Source: Nageia nagi
Taxonomy: Eukaryota > Plantae > Pinophyta
Assembly (NCBI GenBank): GCA_050084985.1
Contig: JBITNC010000001.1
Coordinates: 96,782,001 to 96,846,000 of the forward strand
DNA length: 64,000 nucleotides
Direction: 5' to 3'
The translations under genes and the position numbers were made by a program. Below the pieces are notes generated by a model. The model did not search any database and was not told where the DNA came from. It saw only the letters and a list, made by a program, of their open reading frames with translations. This document shows positions 50,585-62,541 of the stretch, in pieces. Each line of letters opens with the position of its first letter. Position 1 is the first letter of the stretch.

Positions 50585-51220
50585 ATAATTATTATTTTTC
50601 AACATTTTTCATGCATATGCCACCATTAGAGATCTAGAAAAGGGTATAGTATCCATCAAAGAGTAGTTGAAATTGGTTTTGCATCAAATTTTATGGTTGT
50701 CGGTGCATTGATAGCCATGTATGCAAAATGTGGAAGAATACACAAGATGAGGGAATTGTTTGATAAGGTTCCTCATCTAAATGCACTTTCGTGGATTGCA
50801 ATGATCAAAGGATATGCACAAAATGGGTTTTCTAATAAGTTCTTGGAGATTTTTAAGCTAATGCAATTATCTAATTAAATCTAAAATCTACAAGCTTTGC
50901 TAGCATTCTTCCAACATGTGGCAGTGTGTGTTCTCTATAACAAGGTATGCACATCAATCAAAGAGTAGTTTAAAATGGTTTTTCACCAAATATTGTGATT
51001 ATGAATGCCCTAGTAGATATGTATGTCAAATGTAGAGGGATGCAAAAGTATAAAGAAGTTTTTGACAAGATTCATGATGCAGATAGGATTTCATGGAATG
51101 TAATAATTCAAGAATACATAATCAATGGCTAGAGGATATACAAACCATGACTACATCAAGGATATCCTTGAACATTTTGATCTAATGAAGCATTGAGGAA
51201 CCAACCCTAATAGCATAACC
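50585..51220 (+). pseudogene. PPR pseudogene fragment (unit 6)
   Basis: ALIAMYAKCGRIHKMRELFDKVPHLNALSWIAMIKGYAQNG. Confidence 0.9.
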
Positions 51221-51547
51221 AACAATTATTTTAGTATTTAGTTTAATTTATATTTGTAGCAATTTTTTGGTACTAAAAAGCAAAATCCAACATTATTAAT
51301 TTACATTGTTATTTTATATTTCAAATACCAAGAGGTATTAGAATAAATAATGCATTATTGTGTGATGGCATCTAAAAATCAATATCATCTCCTGTAATGT
51401 GTCAAATATGGAGAGAGCTTATAAAAGGTATAACTTTCACCATGAACCATGGATTGTCAATTCGTCTTCTAGAATGGATAGAGCATCTTATACCAAACAT
51501 TTTGACAGGTTACATTATGAGGTATCATCAAGAAGATGAAGAGATAT

Positions 51548-51960
51548 TGCATTTTTAAGATCATGTCCTTGCCCATATTTCTATAGTCATGTGCACAAAA
51601 ATTCACAATTATCTTCCATTAGAAGGGATATCTTTATGTGATGTCTGTGTTCTTGGGATATATAGTCATTATGTATTATAATGGTCCCTCTAGGATACTT
51701 AGAGTGACACATCCCTCTTTTAGGAGTGTGTAGGAGTATTTCATTGTATTTTGAGTAAAGATAGGAGTAGCTTTGTCTTGTGTATGATACCAAGGTAACA
51801 TTGTAATCTTGGAACACAAATGATAATGTCACATAAATTGTATTCAAATGAGATCTCATGACTTGATAATGGTAATTTCAAGGCATGTTGAGAGCCTAAA
51901 GAGGGTCATCCATATTGGCATGATCCCTAGGTGAGATCTAGGCCCCATTATGGGACATTA
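51548..51960. repeat. LTR-like dispersed repeat shared with 57036-57447
   Basis: tagtcatgtgcacaaaaattcacaattatcttcca...ccattatggga collinear in both places. Confidence 0.65.
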
Positions 51961-53399
51961 TTTTTATATTGGATTATGGTGACATGGGAGATCATGCCAA
52001 TTGATTGGATAGACCTCCATGGACATGCTTCCCTTTCCCCTAAGTATGAGAGGTGAATCCTAGTAGTTGGTGGTTTTCAGCTTACATTGATGCCACTCGT
52101 TGCCCATCCTTTTACCCCATTCAATGGGTGGTTGGGGTTGGTCCCCCCTTGCCTTGCGTAGGGTTGCACCTAGTCGTAATCCCTTAATACATTTAAAATA
52201 AATTTTAATAAAATAATTTTTATTTAATATTATATATATATATCATAATATTTATTTTATTTTACTTATTTCCTAAATAAATTCTAGAATATAATAAATT
52301 CAACCCAACATAGCTTCCTATTCAAATGCAATTATATTATTTTAGTTACAGAAATAAATAGAATAAATCCTTTATCAATTTTAATATGATTTACAAAAAT
52401 AAACTTTTCTTTTATCCAACAATTACACAAAAAACTCAAAATATATAGGAAAGCACATGATATTACAAAATCCCTCTATGAAATTTGTTCCATACTTGAC
52501 CCAAAAATCCAAGAGAATATTCAAATTTGATAGCTAGACAAAAAACAAAAAAAATCAAAACCATCCATCAAACTTGCATATAAGGAGGAGAACAATGAAG
52601 GTTGCAAAACTACCCAAAAGTTAGTATCAACACTACAATAAAAAACTTTACAAGAGCATTTCTAAATAAGACCACATTCCTCTTTTTAGAATAAAACTAA
52701 TATTTTATTAACCTAATGCATTTTTTATTATTTAATTATTATTAGTATTTTAATAATAATAATAATAATTTCCAAGCTACAAGGCATAAACACCTTACTG
52801 TGTAGTTCATTAATTATTTATTTAATTGCTTGCACTTACTATTATGCTTTATTTGTAGGTTATCCAAAATATGATAAGAAACCTTGGAAATTTAAAATTA
52901 ATAAACAACCACAAATAACACAATGCAACATAAGGGAAAGAAAAAGTTATTTTTTCATTAAGGAAACCTTTGACCTAAGGAATCATCTCTTATACCTAAA
53001 TGATACCTAAATGCAATTACACTTCCCTTATAGGCTAAGGCATCATCATCATCTCCAATTACATCCAATCTAGTGACACACTTCCTTAGGTGCCAGCTCT
53101 TGCAAACTACACCATTACAAGAAGTATCAAATTCATAAAATGATATGTAATGAACATTACTAAAATGAACATTAATTAATCATCTCACAAGCATGTTCTA
53201 AAAATAATATACTTATCATAAATATTAATTAAATATATAAAGTGTGCTTATGAAAGGGTCATCACATAGTATTTCTTGCATAAAAATCCACCTAAGCTAT
53301 AAAAGTAAGCACGTAAAACTCTTTTGTTAATTGTATTTTATAATTTATTGTCAATAAATTTGCATTCACATCATGCATATTGTAAAATAAAAAAGGATA

Positions 53400-54870
53400 T
53401 TTTTTATATATATTTTTCAGGTCACTCACAACAATAACATTCAATGAAGACCCATGTTGTGCATATCATGTGACCACTGTAGTCCATGAAACTCCATCTC
53501 GACAAGGAATGAATCTTTTTAAGAAACATATTTATGTTGTTTCTCATAAAAAATATGTTGATCCTTTAATAGAACAATGTTGATATATTTACATGATTTA
53601 TAATTGTTGAATTTGCATCTTATCAAATACTTTTACAATATTTTGCATACATATATATCAAAGAGAATACAACAATAACTACTCTTTGATGTATGTCTAT
53701 ACCTTCTTCTAGAGCTACCATGTCAAATAATTTATCACCTATCGATCTTCTTGTATTCTTCAAATTTTGGGTACATATTTACTATGGCACTAACAACAAC
53801 AACATTTGATGAAAACCCATTTTCAACTACTCTTTGATAGATGAAAATATTTGATAAAAATCCATTATCAAATAATTATTGAGCCTTATTTATTATTTTA
53901 AATTTTGCATACATGTCTATGAGGGCATTCAAAATAACAATATGTGATGAAGGAACATTTTCAACTACTCTTTGATTGATGTCTATATATGAAAATCCAT
54001 TTTGTGTATATCTTGAGATCATTGCATTCCATTAGATTGCATTCTGATGATATATTTTATCAAATAATTTAATTATTTTAGTTCATTAAACAATATTTGC
54101 ATCATGCATGTTGGCAAAGCTATTATTGTTCCTCTTTTGTAATAAAACTTTTGCATTATAGAACAGTACATATATTTTGCATGCAAGTATAACACATACT
54201 TTTGCATTTCTACATGAGATCAAGGACATACCATTAATGTATAAAAAAACTCCATAGAACACTTTTCCATATGTGATTTCATTGACTGTAAACTCTTTGA
54301 TCAAATGAAGCACTTGAGAAACAACTATAAAAAAGTAATGTTCATGTTAAATCTTGATTACAAATATATAATTATTAATAATTATATGAAATATTTTAAT
54401 TATTTTTCATTTTTAAGTGTCATGAATTTTTTGATAATAAATCGTTATTTTGTGCATATCTCATGATCATTACATTTCATTAGATTGTATTTTGATGACA
54501 TATTTTATAAAACAATTTAATCATTTAAGTCTATTAAATAATGTTTACATCATGCATCTTGCCATTCACAATGATAATATTTGATAAAAACCATTTTCAA
54601 CTAGTGTTTTATGGATGTCCATACCTTATTCTAGAACTCCCATGATGGCAAATTCTGAAATAATTCTTGCAAAGTTAATAGAGTTTGGATTTACATTTAA
54701 TAATTACACCTAGTTAAAATTCTGTAGAGCCTTTTTAGAGAATCCATTTTGTGCATATCTTATAAATATTGTAGTCCATGAATTATTGTTTGAGATTCTG
54801 CATCATGCATCTTCTCAAATGATTCTTGGTCCTTATGTATTCCTCCACATTATGCATGCATGTCTATTAG
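53400..54870 (-). pseudogene. Highly degenerate PPR fragments, minus strand
   Basis: Reverse complements of catcaaagagtagttgaaaatgg (HQRVVENG) and tcatgg...gatatgcacaaaatgg (SW..I..YAQNG) recur several times. Confidence 0.75.
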
Positions 54871-55559
54871 GGAAAAAAGTCTTACCCAATAACATGGTGC
54901 ATGTTTTTAGATTTCATTACAACATTATTAAAAAGGGAATACTTTAATAGCATGAGTGACTCTTATTGCATTATTATTGTTATGACATTGGAGGAGCCAC
55001 TAATGCTGACTAGTGAACTCATTACAAACCATGTAAAAATATAAAACCCTAGCTCTTTCTCTCTTTTCACTCAATCAACCTTGAAACCCTTATAGTAGTG
55101 GATCTCTAGAGAACTAGCAATAGTATTTCCTACAACATAACCTTTGTATATGGCCTACTTGCATTCAACCATGTAAGTTTAATAGATGAGGTTGTAAATA
55201 ATTTAATATCTTCTCATTAAGATATCAATATTGATAGTATTTTCATTCTTTACATCCCTTACAATATGCAATAATATTAGTTGGCATCCCTTATAATATT
55301 TTTTTTTATGCAATACTGAACAATAGTTTTCAAACAAGACTAATTCACCTTAATGTTATAAAACATGCATCAAATTAGTGGTGATCAAGAAAAAATGACA
55401 TCTTTCCTTTATTTCATTAAAAAGGTGACATAGTAAAATAATTTAAGGTTTTGAAATAGCCTCAACTAACATTATACAAAACCTATGCAAGAAGAATACA
55501 ATGTACAAAATTAATACAATGTGAAATTTTGAAAGGCCTTAAAAGCCCTTATAATTAAT

Positions 55560-56570
55560 CCAATGCTTCATCTTTTATTGTTTTGAATGCTATGATAGAC
55601 ATGTATGAAAAATTTAGGATAATACAAAAGGTATGGGAATTATTTGAGAAGATATATGTTGCAGACATAGTTTCATGAATTGTAAATGATAGATATGTAT
55701 GTAAAATGTACAATATTACATAATATCCATGAAATTGTTCAATAGTATGCATGATGCAAACACAATTTTCATGATAGACATGCATGCAAAATATCACATG
55801 TTTTAAAAATTATCATTGTGATTGCATGATTCACAATATCCATATGGGAGACTACAAAAGGTCTAGGAATTATTTAACAAGATATATATTGCAGACATTA
55901 TTTCATGGATTGCCTTAATATACATGTATGTAAAAGGTACAACATTACACAATATCTATGAAATTGTTCAATAGTATGCAAGATCAAAATACAATTTTAA
56001 TGATACATATGCTTGCAAAATATAACTTATATTGAGAATTATCATTGGAAATCCATGATTCACAATATCCATGAGTGGGAATATAGAAGGAATGGGAATT
56101 GTTTGACAAGATATATGTTGTATACATAGTTTTGTGTACTACAATGATAGACATGTATGCAAAATGTATAACATTACATAATATCCAAGAAATTATTTGA
56201 TAGTATGCATGATGTAAACACATTTTGTGACAGACATGCATGCAAAATATTATATATTTTAAAAATTATCATTATGAATTCCTTGATAAAAATGTACACA
56301 AAATATACAAGAATACACAAGGTACATGAATGCCCTATTATAGTTGTATCCCAATTAGTTTATTATATCAAAGAGTCTAAGTACAATTACTTTATGAATT
56401 ATTTTAGATCTTCAAATTATTTGAGAGGACTCATTTTGTGGAAGTGCATTACATATACTAGAATAGTGAAAGGTAATAAGTGGGCTAAGAAATTAAGATT
56501 ACCTATCCAAGAAATGGATGAGAAAGAGGTCTTTTCTTGCAATGACCTATCATGGTTTGAAGTTCATTAT
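55560..56570 (+). pseudogene. Degenerate PPR fragments ending in an E-domain-like remnant
   Basis: Repeated IDMYxK...ELF(D/E)K motifs; KEVFSCNDLSWFEVH resembles the K..G.SWIEV motif of the E domain. Confidence 0.65.
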
Positions 56571-56844
56571 ATAGGAAGTAGTAAGATAGACTTGGATCAC
56601 AATAATATCTCTCTATAAATTGGAGGATTTCAAAAAAGGTGAACAAGATAATCCAGATTGGCAATGCACTTTCATGCGGTAAAAACTTGTTAACAAAATG
56701 AATCAACAATACAATAAGAGAAATATAAGTATAGTTATAAAATGTAACATTTACTTTTTCATTGTTTAGAGTTCTATACATTTTTTAAATATTCTATCAT
56801 TATGGAATTTTAGTTACTAGTGCTCATATGGTCCTGAAGATAAA

Positions 56845-57449
56845 AGTAACATCCCTCCTCTACCAAAAAAGAAGAAGTATTTTATCCAATCAAGAGGATG
56901 CCAATGTGATTATTATGTTCATGTATATGAATGTAAACTTGATGTTGCCTTTATAACATATAATAATTTCAATCATGTATTTTTAAATGGAATTATTTTT
57001 CATGGTGTTAATCAACCATCAAATCTCTATAATATTACATTTTAAAGATCTCTTCCTAACCCAAATATCTATAGTCATGTGCACAAAAATTCACAATTAT
57101 CTTCCACTAGAAGGGATATATTTATTTGGTGTCCCATTTATTGAGATGCATAATCATTATGTATTGTAATAGTCCCACTGGGCCACTTATAATGAGACAT
57201 CCATCTTTTAGGGGTTCATAGAAGTATTTTATTGTATTTGGAGTATAGATGGGAGTAATTTTATCTTGTGTATGATTCCAAGGAATCATTGTAATGTTGG
57301 TATCCAAATTAGGATGTCCCATACATTGTATTCAAATGAGATCTTATGACTTAATAATGGTAATCCCAAGGCACATTGAGATCCAAATGAGGGCCATTCA
57401 TCTTGGCATGATTCGTAGGTGAAATCTAGGTTCCATTATGGGATGTTCA
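56845..57449. mobile_element. Possible solo LTR
   Basis: (a)GTAACATCCC...GGGATGTTCA inverted ends; shares repeat with 51548-51960. Confidence 0.4.
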
Positions 57450-60090
57450 ACTATAAGGAGGAGTAGTGCACTTATTGAGGATCATATTTTATTATTCATT
57501 CAACTTCTTATGGACTTAACCACCATCCATATATTCTTATTGGATCAGAATCCTCATCAAGCCCTCATACCCTTAATGGATCCTCATTAAGCCCTCGTTC
57601 CCTCAATGGAGTCTCATCAAGCCCCTACCATACCATGTTAAGACCTTAAACATTTAGATTCTAGACATAGCAACTCTATTAGTGTGACATTAGCCTTTGG
57701 GAGTGAAGTGGAATTTTAGGAAGTATTAGATATGGTCATCAAGCCAAAAATCTAGTCCTTTAGATCTTTGTATCTTTATTTTAGTGACTTTAAAGATTCT
57801 TTTCAACCCTAGAGGCCATATTAAACATTGTTTTGAGCATTGTACTTATCTTTTTGAGTAATAATAAATTCATATTCAATTTCATAGCATTAATATTTGG
57901 TGTTTTCTTGATTTTATTAATGCAATATGTATGAATTTCTAATTTTTATAATTTAGAATATTACAAATGGTATCAGAGCTAAGATATTGCTAACCTATGA
58001 TGATGGAGAAAGAACAACCACAAAAAATTAATGTCTTATTGAATATATTGACAATATTTCTAAGTGTTGAAGATTAAGAAGATTTACATTTTACTCTAAA
58101 AGATGTGGTAGCTAGAGAAAAAATTATTTAGACCATAATGTATGGATCTATCCAAAGCTAGGAATAAATGAGCATCTGCATGGAGCACACCTGAGATTCC
58201 ACCATCCCTACCTTATTCATCCAAGGAAATATCTTAGTAAGAGAAAGAGAGGGATCTAAATTAGGATATACATGTAAAGTTCAATGCACTATTCCAAGAA
58301 TATGAAGGTAATTTTAAAGACTTCAAGAATGCACTTTCCTTTCAAAGTTATTTGGAGATATTTAGGTTTGCAGAGAAGGGAATCATGGATGATGAGAGAA
58401 GAGATCCATAAAAAAAAATCAGATTTGATTTGATACAATCGACCATTCATGTTGTTGCACAAGATCAAGAAGAAGGGAGCTTCTTAAAGATCTTCTATAG
58501 GTGACTATTAAAAATTCTACACTAAGATCTAAAAAGAAAAAGATAAAACAAGTAGATCTAAAGAAAATAAACTTAGGACATGAGCTTTCATTAGGAGGAA
58601 ATAAGGAGAAATGATCAAATCCAAAGCAAGGTAATTTGTGGGTTCCAAATCTAAGTCATGAGATCTATTATCCTAAAATTTTGATGATTCATAGGATGGA
58701 TGATGAAGCAAAAGATGAATCTTGGGATGAATAATGACCAAAATCCAAGTAAGGAAAACTTGGGGGAGTCTAGTAAAGGGGATTTCATAGAGGCTATTAG
58801 TTTTGAAGAAATCAAATTAGAAATGGTGGAGGAAGAAATTACCTTTCCACATAAGGGATTTATCCTACCTTTATTTCAATAATTGAGTGAAGAAGAGTTT
58901 GAAGATTTAGAAAATACTACACCTATGGATCCTAGCTATGATGAAGAAGATCAAACTCCAAATCTAAATCCAAATCCAACTCTAGATCTAAATCTAGATC
59001 TAGATCCATATCCATATCTAGATCCCACTATAGGTCTAGATTTGAAAGGAGAGATCTCATCTATGTGCCCACCAAAGTTTTTATTGATAAATCCAAGTAC
59101 ACATGGAGCTTTAGGAAATACCATCTAGGGTATCATTTATTCCATTTTGAGGTATGGGGAAGTTATGGGATCACAACATAAATGTATGAACTCAATTCTA
59201 CTTTTTATATATGCAATTGGCATGAGGGAAAAAGTAAAACAACAACCTCAGTTGAAGTTTTAGGCAAATTCAATAAGTCTATAGAAGTGAGTGTTTACAA
59301 TAATTTTAATCCCTTTGATTTGAAGAGAGATTTGCATGCTCTTTCAAATAGAAAACTTCAGCACATGATCCCATAGGATCCACAAGTTTTGATGAATGAT
59401 GGGTTTACACTTATGATGAAATATTGGGATGAATGTTTTATGACATTCATGAATGCTATAGTTCTATTTAAGATTACATTTTGGTTGGTACCCATTGTTA
59501 TAATTTCAATGTGGTACTAGACTCCATTTTCTAATTTGTTTGCCTCTATATTTCCCTTACATTGGAAAAAAATATTATGGATGTGGATTGCACTTTGTTG
59601 TTTTTTTGGAATAATCTCTTGCATGAATTTAAATTATGATTTTATGATGATGTTTAAGACTATATTCTTGTGGAGTCTTAGGGATGCTATATTGAGGACA
59701 ATAGGGACTAATTGTTGTAGAATTTTGGATGCCTTTTTCATGATCTTAGTTATGGCATTTTCCACTTTAATGAGGATTTTTATGAGTGTTACTTATGTGT
59801 TGTCTAAGGTTGCATTCTCCTTACCAAATTGATAGTTGTTATGATTATTTTTCTATGTTATCTAAGGTTGAACTCCCTCAGCTATTAAAGATTATTTAGA
59901 TCATAAGAGGTTCAAGAATGTGTTCATAAGAGTTGTTAGAGGAAAACTTTTCACACTTCCTTGGACTACTTTTCTTGTGGTCATGGTAACTATTATGATC
60001 AAGATTACTACTTTAAAGATATCATCCTTGGTTGTACTTAACATGGAATATTGAGATGTATTGTGGCTATTTTTTAAGGTCACATTGGTG
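57450..60090 (+). mobile_element. LTR retrotransposon remnant (LTR end, Met-PBS, degenerate internal region)
   Basis: ...TTACA-AA-TGGTATCAGAGC at 57961-57979; acidic/proline low-complexity ORF remnants 58700-59128; 59690-60085 also present at 14140-14520 and 41820-42200; boundaries uncertain. Confidence 0.6.
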
Positions 60091-61546
60091 GTAACAATTG
60101 GAGCAGTATTGTTGAAAAAACATGTAGTTGCATTCTTAATGTTAGTTGCACATTATATAGGATGTGAGGTTGTTGTTTGGATCATGGTTGGAGTGACACT
60201 TTGTTCATTTTCAATAACCTCAAACCTTTGACTTGGTTGGTTTCACAGAGCTTAAACCTATGCATGTTAACATGAAATATACCTTAACTCAACATAAATA
60301 TGTAGTAATAGATTTCTCAATGATATAGCTTTTCATTTAAGATCATGGATATCTTGTAGGAGTTTCACACTGAAAGAGTTTGTAGTTTCATAATCAAAAT
60401 AGCTTAAAAATGAATTAAGCTTTATCTTTTATAATTTTTCATATGTAATTCATCATGAATATAATAAGGTTATATACTAATGTTTAAATTTACTTTATTT
60501 AGGTTTCCTTCTATATAATAAATCACTCTTAGATATCTAATTGTATATTTAAAAATTAAAAAAAAAATGAAAAATAAAATTTAGATATCTACATTTTTCC
60601 TCATTTAGAAATGTTGTAAATGAACTTAAGAACACATTTCCAAAGTGACAAAAGAAAAAAGATAATAATGCTTTTAATGATACTTTATTTTAATGTTGGA
60701 AAAATTCATGTGCTTAATGTGTCTTATTTTACCTTTTTGTATTATCCTTTTTTTTAATTGATTGTAAAAACCTTAGTTGAAATAAAAGATTCAAAGAAAA
60801 ATAATACCTGAAAAGAAAAAAGCTCTTGTAACAAGATAAACAAAATGAATATAATAAATAAGATATAGTAATATACATGATAAGCATGATATTGATCATC
60901 TACTAGGAAGATATTTTATGGTAAAATGATATCAACATGGATATCTTGTGAAGGGTCTTCTACCACCCAAAGATCAAAAAGGTAATGATAGTGCCCTTAA
61001 GTGCACAGAGATGAACATCGATTATTTTGAAATAATAAATAAACCTTGAAAAATATAATAATCTCAAGTAATTTGTTAGTAGCACGATGTCATCATGGTA
61101 ATGTCATGATGGGGCTTCTAATATCCCAAACACAAAAATGGAAAAGATATGATAAAATATAATACCTAAAATAAACATTATTGATATAAAATAACCGTAA
61201 CATATTTATACATAAAGTAGCATTTTGCAACGATATTGAAGCAAAACTTGCAATAAAGGGTTGATAAAGCTTATTTTTACCTTTTTATCATTTTAATCTT
61301 AAAATGCTCATTTATAATATAAGATGTAAATGGAGGCATTTCGTATTAAATTTTATAATTATCTTTTTTCCTTTGTGCTCTTGGTAAAAACCCCTATATG
61401 ATCCTAGATGTGCGTCAAACCCTTCCAAAAAATCTTTTCTTAAAAAATCCTCATCATTTATAAATATAATCAATAGCAAATATTCTTTCTTTATATCTAT
61501 ATCAATACCAAATATAATCTCTAGGTATCTTGACATGTAAATAACA

Positions 61547-61962
61547 CTAGTTTTTGATATATAATGTCACTAGTTTTGATATAACCCCTTATATATCAAA
61601 AACTGCTAAGAGATATCATTCCAAATAATTTAGAAACTATTTTACAAAATTATTATATTATCAATAATATAGATTATAAATTATTTCACTATTGATAATA
61701 TTTTAATTTAGAAACTAATGTTTACAGCAAATATATATATAAAAAATTCAAAAAACAATGAATGTATAAATTTAAAATAATCAATACATTTAAATATATT
61801 AAATTATATAAAAGTAATATAGTAATGTTGGTATATTATTAAATTTATATTTAAAATAACTAATAGAATCGATTATTGATGACGAACATATAGATAAAGC
61901 GACATTTTGGCTCACCCACCCCCACCCATTGATTACCATTATAGGAAAGCCTCTTAGTATAA
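61547..61962 (-). mobile_element. Non-autonomous Helitron-like element (416 bp)
   Basis: Inserted at A|T of ataaca|ttatac (empty site at ~48551); minus-strand 3' end CTAG; 16-bp perfect inverted repeat 61549-61564/61589-61604; 5' end TTATACTA. Confidence 0.6.
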
Positions 61963-62439
61963 TTATACATATCTTTATTTATCATTTATATTTTTGTATT
62001 TAACATTATCAATACAAATTATAGATTTTGAATGTGAGCTAATTACATATATTATTATATGTAATTAATTACACATGCCAACATACTTATCCCATTAATT
62101 ATAAAGAAAAGTTTGTATTAACTTTTTAATAAAATTTGAAGTATGATAGATCTACATAGGAATGGCCTCAAAAGACCACCATTGAACCATCATGTGATCA
62201 TACACTTGATTATATGGATAAAGAAAAAGGAGAAAAAAGAGAATATACCATTTAATTCCGAGGGCTTATCGGTATTCTAGTAACCCAAATGTTGGCCAAG
62301 TCTGATCCTCTAATTAAAAATATTGGTTAGTCTAACACCCTCTGCAACCATAATCACATCCAACCTCTATGACCAATACTGAATTGTGTTTACCACCGGT
62401 AATAAGAAATCACATATGTTTTCATCAAAAACTATGTTG

Positions 62440-62541
62440 CCTTAATCAATTACTAACAAACCGTATGGACAAGAAGATCCTTGCAATATTCTTTTGAGTT
62501 ATCAGTTCAATCAAATACACAAGCACAATTTAATCCACATT
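62440..62541 (-). pseudogene. SAUR: 3' stub of SAUR copy 7 (last ~10 codons plus 3' UTR)
   Basis: atcagttcaatcaaatacacaagcacaatttaatccacat matches the 3' ends of the other copies; full 3' flank present at 61963-62510. Confidence 0.8.

Noticed and set aside
58883-59128. NLNPNPTLDLNLDLDPYPY repeat ORF
   Set aside because: Hexamer low-complexity tract inside a retroelement remnant
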